Below are positions 51,344 to 58,953 of a stretch of DNA of 59,212 nucleotides, one piece after another; within the stretch, counting starts at the first letter, position 1, and every line of letters begins with the position of its first letter. The DNA is taken from positions 1 through 59,212 of the forward strand of contig JACPLQ010000001.1 of assembly GCA_016186435.1 (NCBI GenBank), written 5' to 3'. The notes beneath the pieces are model-generated. The model searched no databases. It was given only the letters and a program-made list of their open reading frames with translations, and had not been told where the DNA came from. The position numbers were made by a program, and so were the translations under genes. This stretch comes from Candidatus Nomurabacteria bacterium. GTDB lineage: Bacteria; Patescibacteriota; Minisyncoccia; Phycocordibacterales; UBA9973.

Positions 51344-52774
51344 ATGGTCAAGACAAAAGCTAAAAAATCCAGGAAATCAAAAAAGAACAACGCGAACTGG
51401 AAAAAATTTTGGAGACTCGGCCTGGATGAATTCAACACTCAGAATTTTGACGTGAATCCGAACGGAGATCTCGTGGTCAAGGAAGGCTACTACCAATACA
51501 ACATTATGGACATTGTTCGGAAATATGGCACATCCACCGAAGTTTTTTTCCCATATATACTGGAGCACCGCGTTCGTGATCTCATGGAATTTTTCAACGC
51601 GTATATAAAAATTTTAAACTACAAGGGTAAATTCTTTTACCACTACGTAATGAAGTCAAACCAGAACCGCGATTTTGTCCTGGCGGCTTTGTCTGAAGGC
51701 GCGAATATTGAAGTTTCTTCTGCCAACGAATTGTTTTTAGTGAAGAGAATGCTGGAGCAGGAAAAATTTAATCGCAAACTCCGAGTTACCTGCAACGGCC
51801 CAAAGACCGACCAGTACATAAGCCTCATAGAAGAACTCCGCGGCAAGGGGCTGATAGTCATACCTATTATTGAAAATGCCGAAGAATTAGACAGGCTTAA
51901 AAAATTTAAAGGAGAAGTAGGTGTGCGCGTGAATCTGGATGTGAAAATAGATTCGCATTGGGATAAAAAGTATAATCATTTTGGATTTGACGAGACGGAG
52001 CTCATGAAAATTGGGAAAATCCGCAACTTATCAATGCTCCATTATCACATATCCACGCAAAACGAAAAAATCGAAGGCTTTATCAAGCCGCTTAAGCGCG
52101 CTTTTCCACTGTATGCCAAGTTAAAAGAAAACAATCCCGGACTGGATACTATAAATTTTGGCGGCGGTATGGCAGTACCTTACGAAAAAAGAAAAAAAAT
52201 GATCTCGGTGAAGAACTTAGTGAATCAGATGATTAAAACTGCCAAAAAAGAGAGCGAAAGGCTCGGGATCAAGCATCCGAATCTAGTGTGCGAATGGGGC
52301 AGCTATTTTACGGCCCCTTCGCAAATCTCAATATTTAAAGTTCTGGAAGAAAAAAATATTGCAAAAAAAGCAGACACAAAATGGTATTTTATTGACGGAA
52401 GCTTCATTTGTAATCTGACGGACACATGGTCTGTCGTCCGTCGCAAGTGGCACTTTACGTCCGCTAATTATTTAAATACTAAGCGTCTACAAAAAGTCTG
52501 GCTTGCAGGATCTACCTGCGATGCGGACGACAGGTATACTGCTTCCGGTAACTACGTACTCCTGCCAAAGTTGACTGAAGACATGTCCGACCTATATGTG
52601 GTCGCGTACGATACAGGAAGCTATCAATACACTCTATCAAACAATCATTGCCTCTTGTCCAAACCTGCTATGGTCGTGTGCCAGAACGGAGAAGTAAAGC
52701 TGGCGCGCAAAAGGCAAAGCGCGGACGATCTCGGCAAGATATTCGGCTGGAACGGGGACCCTAAAAAATTATGA
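51344..52774 (+). CDS. fold-type III PLP-dependent decarboxylase, arginine decarboxylase (SpeA)-like, with a Lys-rich N-terminus
   Basis: FPYILEHRVRDLMEFFNAYIKILNYKGKFFYHYVMKSNQNRDFV resembles the SpeA N-terminal barrel. The track start at 51239 lies inside the palindrome. Confidence 0.6.
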   Translation: MVKTKAKKSRKSKKNNANWKKFWRLGLDEFNTQNFDVNPNGDLVVKEGYYQYNIMDIVRKYGTSTEVFFPYILEHRVRDLMEFFNAYIKILNYKGKFFYHYVMKSNQNRDFVLAALSEGANIEVSSANELFLVKRMLEQEKFNRKLRVTCNGPKTDQYISLIEELRGKGLIVIPIIENAEELDRLKKFKGEVGVRVNLDVKIDSHWDKKYNHFGFDETELMKIGKIRNLSMLHYHISTQNEKIEGFIKPLKRAFPLYAKLKENNPGLDTINFGGGMAVPYEKRKKMISVKNLVNQMIKTAKKESERLGIKHPNLVCEWGSYFTAPSQISIFKVLEEKNIAKKADTKWYFIDGSFICNLTDTWSVVRRKWHFTSANYLNTKRLQKVWLAGSTCDADDRYTASGNYVLLPKLTEDMSDLYVVAYDTGSYQYTLSNNHCLLSKPAMVVCQNGEVKLARKRQSADDLGKIFGWNGDPKKL

Positions 52775-53217
52775 AGAAATACTTAATTATTGCGTTACTT
52801 TGCTTGGCAGTAATTTTAGCATTATTACAGGCTGATAAAAAAAGCGCCGTGGAAATAGCGGGGAAGATGTTGCTAGTGGATGTCGCAAGAACAGACGCAG
52901 AAAAAAGCAAAGGGTTGTCCGGCAAAGATAAACTAAACGAGAACGAAGGCATGCTGTTTGTATTTGAAGAGGCCGGCAGATATCCGTTCTGGATGAAGGA
53001 TATGAAGTTCCCGATAGATATAATTTGGCTCATGCCGGCAGAAAGTGGGGATAATTCTCTTCTCACAGCAGTTTATATAGAAAGAAATGCGAAGCCTGAA
53101 TCTTATCCTAACACGTTTAATCCGAAAGTTGATTCAAAATACGTTCTTGAAGTTGTGTCAGGCTTGTCTGAAAAGAATAATTTAAAAATTGGCGATACTA
53201 TTTTTGTTGAGTATTAA
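52771..53217 (+). CDS. DUF192 family protein with a signal peptide or anchor
   Basis: GLSGKDKLNENEGMLFVFEE...FWMKDMKFPIDIIW pattern. Confidence 0.7.
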   Translation: MKKYLIIALLCLAVILALLQADKKSAVEIAGKMLLVDVARTDAEKSKGLSGKDKLNENEGMLFVFEEAGRYPFWMKDMKFPIDIIWLMPAESGDNSLLTAVYIERNAKPESYPNTFNPKVDSKYVLEVVSGLSEKNNLKIGDTIFVEY

Positions 53218-53220
53218 TAA

Positions 53221-53260
53221 CGAAAATCCCCCGCCTGAAGCAGGGGATTTTCGTTTTTTT
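53221..53260. terminator. bidirectional terminator (11-bp stem cgaaaatcccc/ggggattttcg plus a T-run)
   Basis: Read directly from the sequence. It sits between the DUF192 gene (+) and the rnpB 3' end (-). Confidence 0.7.
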
Positions 53261-53340
53261 GCAGGCGCTTGTAAGCCGAATTCTGTTTTATGATAGCAAT
53301 TTGTCTAGGTCTAAAATTACTCTTAGACTCATGCGATTCT

Positions 53341-53373
53341 CCCCCTCACCAATTTAGAAAATTGGTGAGGGGG
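53341..53373. repeat. hairpin ccccctcaccaattt-aga-aaattggtgaggggg within rnpB
   Basis: 15-bp arms, nearly identical to the second rnpB hairpin. Confidence 0.85.
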
Positions 53374-53485
53374 CACGATCTTGCACACGCGTAAGGATTT
53401 TGCCGTTTCACTCCCACTAAAGGGATTCGTCACTGTTCGCACCTCGTGGATTGCTCCAGGCGGGGGTTACCCGCTACGTTTAACC

Positions 53486-53513
53486 CCTCCCCAATTTGTA
53501 AAAATTGGGGAGG
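53486..53513. repeat. hairpin cctccccaattt-gtaa-aaattggggagg within rnpB
   Basis: 12-bp arms. Confidence 0.85.
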
Positions 53514-53625
53514 CACTGTGTGTTCGGACTTTCCTCCCTTCGACTTCGCTCAGGGCAAGCCCCAAACGAAACCAAAAAGTAGCTATCCGGCGCCTGCATC
53601 TGTATTATAGCATAAAACCTAAAAA

Positions 53626-53645
53626 CCTGCCTGCCGGCAGGTAGG
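53626..53645. repeat. palindrome cctgcctgccggcaggtagg just upstream of the rnpB promoter
   Basis: Same family as 24116-24135. On the minus strand it is followed by ttttt. Confidence 0.75.
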
Positions 53646-53681
53646 CTTGCATTATTTTTTATAATATGCTATACTTCCGGC

Positions 53682-53756
53682 GTGAGTGTGAGGTAAAACT
53701 CACTCTATACATATAACAATATATGTGCCGCAAAGGACGCCTTCGGGCGTTTTTTG
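53682..53756 (+). ncRNA. candidate small RNA of about 75 nt
   Basis: Extended -10 TGCTATACT at 53667-53675. Hairpins gtgagt/actcac and acatata/tatatgt. Terminator acgcc-ttcg-ggcgt plus ttttt. No ORF. Confidence 0.35.
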
Positions 53757-53792
53757 TTTGTGCATAGGGGAGATAGGGTATATAATATAGGC

Positions 53793-53996
53793 ATGAACGA
53801 AAAATTTAATCCAGAAGCTTCGGCTTTTGACCCCGCTCATGTAGCGGAAATTATTAAAGTGCGAGAGGAAGCTTTGGCTCGGGGGGAAGATCCCGAGAAA
53901 GCAGTTAGGGAGTTTAACGAAAAGGTAATCCATGGGGATTTTAAGGCCGGGAAAGTTCAAGAATCAGACGGAGAAGGAAAAGAAAAAATAGGGTAA
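53793..53996 (+). CDS. small hypothetical acidic protein
   Basis: An ATG lies 9 nt after TATAAT, and a terminator follows at 54002-54028. Confidence 0.45.
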   Translation: MNEKFNPEASAFDPAHVAEIIKVREEALARGEDPEKAVREFNEKVIHGDFKAGKVQESDGEGKEKIG

Positions 53997-54001
53997 AGCA
54001 A

Positions 54002-54028
54002 AAAAACCCCGCTTAAAGCGGGGTTTTT
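54002..54028 (+). terminator. rho-independent terminator
   Basis: aaaaaccccgc-ttaaa-gcggggttttt. Confidence 0.8.
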
Positions 54029-54143
54029 AGTGCCAGCAGTTATCCACAAGCTGTTTTGAAATAGTTTGTTGTATAATTATATTAAGTAATAAGGTTTTTA
54101 TATTAATTATTAACCCAGTTAGCATAATTTGTAATATAAATAT

Positions 54144-55589
54144 ATGGACAACAACCACGCGCGTTCTGTGCCCCTCAAGAATTTTTTAGAAATCCCGTAC
54201 GACACTCTGGAGGAGATGAATCTGAAAGCCAAGGACCGCGCGGAAAAGCTAACTCCCGCAATGCTGGAAAAAGAATATCGTGCGTATCTCCTAAAAGAAA
54301 AACGCATCAAGGCCGTCACTCTTTGCTTTACCGATATCGAGGGGCGGTTTCATATGCTGGACTATGACAAGAAATTTTTTCTCCATTCCGCGGACAATCT
54401 CACTTTTGACGGTTCTTCCATCCGCGGCTTTACAGAGCAGCACGAGTCCGACTTGCGCATCGCGGCGGACTGGGCGAGCATCCGCTTCCTACCGTCCGAC
54501 GTGTTTGGGCCCGGCAAGGTGGTTATGTTCGTAGATGTTTTTGGCAGGGACCGCAAGCCTTACGTCTCGGATTTCCGGGCCCAGCTCAAGCTCCACGCGG
54601 AAGCTCTTCGGAAAAAAAGCGGCATTACCGCCTTCGCCGCGGCGGAGGTAGAGGGTTTTTTGGTGGACGGCGTCAACTCCGAGCAGGAGTATGATAAAAA
54701 AGGCTTTAACCTTATTTCCACCGGCGGCTATTACCATTCTCTGCCGCTGGATCGCCTGCGCCAATTTATCGACCGCGCCGCGGAGGCAGAGCGCGCCATG
54801 GGTTTCAAGAACGAAAAGGACCATCCGGAAGTCGCGCCTTCGCAGTTTGAGATGAATTTTTCTTACGCCGATATTGTGCGCGCCGCCGACAATATACAAT
54901 TGTACAAGCTGGTCTGCCGGCAGGTGGCCAACAACTTGGGTATGACCGCGACTTTCCTGCCCAAACCGGTGGTGGGGATTAACGGCTCCGGCATGCACAC
55001 CAATTTTTCTCTTGCCAAAAACGGCAAAAATATTTTTTACAGCAAGAATGGCCAGGAGGGCCTGTCGAATATAGCATGGGATTTCATCTCCCGCATTTTG
55101 AATCATGCGCCGGAAACATGCTTGGCGTTCAACTCGAGCGTCAATGCCTATCGGCGCCTGGACCCGCATTTTGAAGCGCCCAACCAGATAAAAGTTTCGC
55201 CCATAGACCGCGGGGCGATGATTCGCATACCGGTAGGCAACGAGAAAACCACCCGCATTGAAGTGCGCTCCGTGGCGCCGGATGCCAATCCCTACCTCGT
55301 GCTCTACACCATCCTTCGGACCGGGCTCGAAGGCAAACTTTTGGTTAAGGACAAGGATAAGCGAGACCGTGTGCGAACACTGCCGGATAATATAGGCGAC
55401 GCCATAAAACTATTCAAGTCGAGCGATTTCGTGGGGAAAATCTTGGGCGCTGAAAACCAGAACAAGTATGCGGAGTTCAAGCAAATGGCCGCGGACCGGA
55501 GCCCTAAAGAGCTGGGTAAAATCATAAAACCTTCGGAAATAGTTTATCACCACGAAGTTACCAACCAGGTGCTTTGGTATAATTTCTAG
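54144..55589 (+). CDS. glnA: glutamine synthetase (type I-like)
   Basis: Beta-grasp plus catalytic domain motifs (HPEVAPSQFEMNF, GSGMHTNFSL, NAYRRL, RIEVRSVAPDANPYL). It is more GC-rich than its flanks. Confidence 0.9.
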   Translation: MDNNHARSVPLKNFLEIPYDTLEEMNLKAKDRAEKLTPAMLEKEYRAYLLKEKRIKAVTLCFTDIEGRFHMLDYDKKFFLHSADNLTFDGSSIRGFTEQHESDLRIAADWASIRFLPSDVFGPGKVVMFVDVFGRDRKPYVSDFRAQLKLHAEALRKKSGITAFAAAEVEGFLVDGVNSEQEYDKKGFNLISTGGYYHSLPLDRLRQFIDRAAEAERAMGFKNEKDHPEVAPSQFEMNFSYADIVRAADNIQLYKLVCRQVANNLGMTATFLPKPVVGINGSGMHTNFSLAKNGKNIFYSKNGQEGLSNIAWDFISRILNHAPETCLAFNSSVNAYRRLDPHFEAPNQIKVSPIDRGAMIRIPVGNEKTTRIEVRSVAPDANPYLVLYTILRTGLEGKLLVKDKDKRDRVRTLPDNIGDAIKLFKSSDFVGKILGAENQNKYAEFKQMAADRSPKELGKIIKPSEIVYHHEVTNQVLWYNF

Positions 55590-55624
55590 TGCGCCTAGCG
55601 TAGTGCGTTTATTAAACCATATCC

Positions 55625-55702
55625 GAACCTATTTTCAAAACAAATAAAGCGGACGAATTTTTGCGAAACAATGCGGACTTTTCTTTTGGGAATGGGGAAT
55701 TT
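55625..55702. repeat. left copy (78 nt) of the inverted repeat element flanking the 3-kb segment
   Basis: Its reverse complement aligns with 58720-58750 (about 29/31) and 58844-58890 (about 43/47). Confidence 0.85.
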
Positions 55703-55754
55703 TAAACCTAAAATTTTATTGCAATAAGACTAAAATAATTCTATTATAGAGAAT

Positions 55755-56051
55755 ATGAAACATGTGGGTAATAAAATTTTAGAATACAAAAAAGAGTTGG
55801 TGGAAACTTTTGCTAAAATTTTCGGAGATAAAAAGTTGATGGCCGAATTTTTGACAGACATTCTAACGCCGACAGAATTTGAGGCTCTAGCTTTAAGGTG
55901 GCAGATAGTTAAAAAACTTAAGAAAGGAGAAACCCATAGATCCATAGCGGAGGATTTGGGTCTTGGTATAAGCACAGTAACTCGAGGTTCTCGTGAACTT
56001 CGTAATAAAAATGGTGGTTTCCATTTAATGTTAAAGAAAATCGGTAAATAG
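55755..56051 (+). CDS. TrpR/YerC/YecD family helix-turn-helix protein
   Basis: LTPTEFEALALRWQIVKKLKKGETHRSIAEDLGLGISTVTRGSRELR. Confidence 0.8.
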   Translation: MKHVGNKILEYKKELVETFAKIFGDKKLMAEFLTDILTPTEFEALALRWQIVKKLKKGETHRSIAEDLGLGISTVTRGSRELRNKNGGFHLMLKKIGK

Positions 56052-56081
56052 ATAGTTAAAAAGTTATTCACAGTGCTACTC

Positions 56082-56109
56082 TTGCATTATATTTTGTATC
56101 TGCTACTAT
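56082..56109 (+). promoter_or_regulatory. promoter-like TTGCAT, 16 nt, TGcTACTAT
   Basis: Read directly from the sequence. Confidence 0.4.
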
Positions 56110-56153
56110 GTACTAGTACACGAATACAAGAGTATTTATGTATTGGATACTAT

Positions 56154-56234
56154 ATGAAAAATAATCTAAAAATGAATGTTTCAATGAAATCTTGGTGGAG
56201 CGCAAACACATATGTTTTTGCGTCTATCTTTTGA
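56154..56234 (+). CDS. candidate 26-codon leader peptide with tandem Trp codons
   Basis: Hand translation gives MKNNLKMNVSMKSWWSANTYVFASIF-stop. TGG TGG lies at 56093-56098 in a roughly 30 percent GC spacer. Confidence 0.4.
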   Translation: MKNNLKMNVSMKSWWSANTYVFASIF

Positions 56235-56272
56235 TTTCTCTTTACTGTCTAAACTAAAAAAGGAATCCAAAA

Positions 56273-56297
56273 ATCGGCGCAAGAGCGTCGATTTTTG
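56273..56297 (+). terminator. rho-independent terminator / candidate attenuator upstream of the ATP-grasp-like ORF
   Basis: atcggcgc-aaga-gcgtcgat followed by ttttt. Confidence 0.65.
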
Positions 56298-56352
56298 TTC
56301 TTTGTCATAAACAGTTATTTAACAAAACCCAGTCCTTAGGAGAGACTACAAA

Positions 56353-57636
56353 ATGAAAAATGAAGTAACCGTTAGTGCCCTTAACAGGGCACTTGAAATC
56401 CGAGACTACTGCAACAAGTTGCAGCTCGGATACGATCGGGCACCTGATTGTCATTTCTATGTCGGACCCGATTCGTTCAGACTCAGCGACAATCAGCTTG
56501 ATATTTTTGTCAATCAAGGCGAGCTGTTTCGTACATGGTTCGAGATTACACTCGAATTGTGTACTCGGGCTTACCGAGACGATAGCATGAGTTGGCTTGC
56601 TGATTTGATTGAGGGTGAATCCCCAGATCATGTCAGACAAGTTCACAGACAAGTCCATCTCTCGGGACTCCTCAACATTCCATTATTCGCTCGACCTGAT
56701 ATGTCGGCGATCGGTGCGAGTGTCGAGGTTCAAACACCTGGATCCGGATGGGGTTATCAGACCGCTATTCACAACATGGTCGGTAAATCCCGTTGGACAG
56801 GACCAATCAATGGACTCAAGCAAGCTGTAAAGGCTATGACTGGATCACACAGTACGCCATCGGCGTATGTGCTCTACAACGATCCGTTTTTCCCTGAAGT
56901 CGAGTATTTTTGTCGGCTTTGTGGAGAAGCAGGGATGCAACTTCAAATGCACTTCAAAACATTGCCGTCAGCCTCTGAGGTTAAGTTTGTTCGGCGGCCA
57001 CCTCTCGAAGACCTGCTGTCATACGAAGGTGGCTCGGAACTGGTTCAGTCTTGGTTAGACGGACAGTTGGTACTTGAACCCGGACCTAGTCTGCTGTTCG
57101 ATCAAAAGTTGGCGATTCTGTTTCCGTTTCATCCGCGTCTCAGGGAATTTTATCCTGACTCTGTCAGGCAACTTTTCCCCGAGACTTACTTGGTGGCAAG
57201 AGATAGTCGGCTAGTGTTTAACGGTAAGCCACTGAGTTTGGATGAACTGTCTAGTCTCTCGGGTTCAAAGAGACAGTTTATCCTAAAGTATGCAGGTGCT
57301 AAAAAAGGTCTGCGTGCTGGTGGCAAAGCGGTGTACAACCTTTCTGACTGCAATCATCAGAAGGTTCGGGAACTGCTCGTGATGGCTCTCGAGGACTGGG
57401 AAAAACATCGGTCGCCGTGGCTGATTCAGAAACGGGTACAGCAAAAATACCCAATCGTTTTTCTGGATCATGTTGCGGAGGAGATTCGAGAGGCGCAGTA
57501 CTATGCGCTTTTCCGACCGATGTACAGCTTTCTGCCAGACGAACCATCAGCGATCGTAGCTATGACAGCTCTCTTTCGGAAAGACTGGAAAGTGCATGGC
57601 TCAAGTGATGCCGTCACGCTGCCAGTTGAAGTTTAG
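56353..57636 (+). CDS. hypothetical protein, tentatively a glutathionylspermidine-synthase-like / circularly permuted ATP-grasp amidoligase
   Basis: LFARPDM..VEVQTPGSGWGY (pre-ATP-grasp-like), LLFDQKLAILFPFHPRLREFYP, and ILKYAGAKKGLRAGGKAV (compare VxKPxxGREG). Good SD aggaga. It is visibly higher in GC and uses different codons than its neighbours. Confidence 0.45.
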   Translation: MKNEVTVSALNRALEIRDYCNKLQLGYDRAPDCHFYVGPDSFRLSDNQLDIFVNQGELFRTWFEITLELCTRAYRDDSMSWLADLIEGESPDHVRQVHRQVHLSGLLNIPLFARPDMSAIGASVEVQTPGSGWGYQTAIHNMVGKSRWTGPINGLKQAVKAMTGSHSTPSAYVLYNDPFFPEVEYFCRLCGEAGMQLQMHFKTLPSASEVKFVRRPPLEDLLSYEGGSELVQSWLDGQLVLEPGPSLLFDQKLAILFPFHPRLREFYPDSVRQLFPETYLVARDSRLVFNGKPLSLDELSSLSGSKRQFILKYAGAKKGLRAGGKAVYNLSDCNHQKVRELLVMALEDWEKHRSPWLIQKRVQQKYPIVFLDHVAEEIREAQYYALFRPMYSFLPDEPSAIVAMTALFRKDWKVHGSSDAVTLPVEV

Positions 57637-57642
57637 TTCTTT

Positions 57643-57717
57643 GCGGGAGTAGCTTAATTCTAAAGCTAGGAGACTCCAAATCTTCTGATGAAGGTTAAAG
57701 TCCTTCCTCCCGTGCCA
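57643..57717 (+). tRNA. non-canonical tRNA-Trp(CCA) with encoded CCA
   Basis: Acceptor GCGGGAG/CTCCCGT, anticodon arm GGAGA-CTCCAAA-TCTTC, T arm GAAGG-TTAAAGT-CCTTC (no C56), D loop AATTCTA (no G18/G19). Confidence 0.6.
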
Positions 57718-57725
57718 AGTTGTTC

Positions 57726-57762
57726 AATGAGCATGTAGACTAGTTCTGCGTGCTCATTTTTT
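57726..57762 (+). terminator. rho-independent terminator closing the ATP-grasp-tRNA unit
   Basis: aatgagcatg ... cgtgctcatt followed by tttt. Confidence 0.75.
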
Positions 57763-57813
57763 CTTCCTCACCTCGATTCGTGTTATATTATAAATAATAA
57801 TTGTAAAAAATTT

Positions 57814-58704
57814 ATGAAAGTAAAACAAATTAAAATTGATAAGAAAAATAAAATACCAGTTTATTTATTCGGCACAGAACCTAAGATTTTACTAATGGCG
57901 GGAGTTCATGGAGATGAAAAAACTGGTGTGGTAATTTTGAAAAAAATAATTAAGCAATTACAAAATAGTAAAAAATCCTACCCTGTCGCAATTATTCCTT
58001 GTGTGAATATGAGAGCATATAGAGATAGCTCAAGAATCAATCCGAAAGATAAAATTGACTTCAATCGTATTTTCCCTGTAATTAAAATTAAAAGTGAGTC
58101 TTACCAGATAGGCAAAGCAATTCAAGATTTTGCGGAAAAATTTACAATGGTCATTGATATTCATGTCTTCACAGGACAACACACATTAATGTGCGGAGTT
58201 GATTTAAATATATCTAAAGGTAAGATACAAAAAAATATTAAAGATATAATGTCACAAATAGGCATGGAAGCTATATGCAGAATCGATCATGCTAGCGAAC
58301 CAAAAAAAGACGGTTCTCTTTGTGCTTACTTGCAGCATAAAAAAGTATTGGCATTCGGCATAGAATTGCCACCCTCTGAAGTATTAACTAAAAATAATTT
58401 CGATACGATAAAAAATAATTTAATTGACTTAATAAAAGGTTTTCAAAAAAGAACCAAGATGCAAAAATTAAAATCATATATCAGACTCCCTGTTCTCAGT
58501 GAATATACTGGATTTTTTTCACCGAATAAAATTCCCGGACTTGAAGTTAAAAAGTACGATACTATCGGAAATATAACAGAAAAAAATCAACAAAAGCACA
58601 ATATAAACTCTCCGTTTAATGGCAGACTTATTTCGGTGAGTTATAAAAAATCTGTGAAAAATGGTGATAAACTATTTGTAATAGGAAAAAAGGTAAAAGG
58701 TTAA
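57814..58704 (+). CDS. succinylglutamate desuccinylase/aspartoacylase (AstE/AspA, M14-like) zinc deacylase with a C-terminal hybrid-barrel domain
   Basis: AGVHGDEKTG, NMRAYRDSSRINPKDKIDFNRIFP, DIHVF. The C-terminal SPFNGRLISVSYKKSVKNGDKLFVIG is lipoyl/hybrid-barrel-like. Confidence 0.7.
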   Translation: MKVKQIKIDKKNKIPVYLFGTEPKILLMAGVHGDEKTGVVILKKIIKQLQNSKKSYPVAIIPCVNMRAYRDSSRINPKDKIDFNRIFPVIKIKSESYQIGKAIQDFAEKFTMVIDIHVFTGQHTLMCGVDLNISKGKIQKNIKDIMSQIGMEAICRIDHASEPKKDGSLCAYLQHKKVLAFGIELPPSEVLTKNNFDTIKNNLIDLIKGFQKRTKMQKLKSYIRLPVLSEYTGFFSPNKIPGLEVKKYDTIGNITEKNQQKHNINSPFNGRLISVSYKKSVKNGDKLFVIGKKVKG

Positions 58705-58719
58705 ACTATTATTTTTAAT

Positions 58720-58890
58720 AAATTCCCCATTCCCAAAAGAAAGGTCCGCGCGGATTCCCTCCCAGACCCTGCCTCCGCGCGGGGAATCCGCATTCCCGCC
58801 AAAACAAATTAGCCGAGTTTTTGCGAATCCTTTTCCCAGAAAATAGTTTCGCAAAAACTCGTCCGCTTTATTTGTTTTGAAAATAGGTTC
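58720..58890. repeat. right copy (171 nt) of the inverted repeat element, with an internal insertion of about 90 nt
   Basis: See 55625-55702. The extra segment contains gcggattcc/ggaatccgc and cgagtttttgcgaa/ttcgcaaaaactcg hairpins. Confidence 0.85.
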
Positions 58891-58915
58891 TAACTTGGTA
58901 CAATAAAGACACAAA

Positions 58916-58949
58916 GTTAAGAAATCTCAAGCAGATGAGATTTCTTAAC
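58916..58949. terminator. 14-bp hairpin acting as a bidirectional terminator
   Basis: gttaagaaatctca-agcaga-tgagatttcttaac, flanked by T/A runs. Confidence 0.7.
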
Positions 58950-58953
58950 TTTG

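Larger units (their letters stand above)
53261..53598 (-). ncRNA. rnpB: RNase P RNA (bacterial type A-like)
   Basis: The minus strand contains GGAGGAAAGTCCGAACAC (P4 5' strand), GTGAAACGG and ACAGAATTCGGCTTA (P4 3' strand). P1 pairs GCAGGCGC with GCGCCTGC. TGCTATAAT lies just upstream. The track ORF 53381-53644 is spurious. Confidence 0.85.

Noticed and set aside
53381-53644. Track ORF of 87 aa
   Set aside because: It lies entirely within, and antisense to, the RNase P RNA gene.
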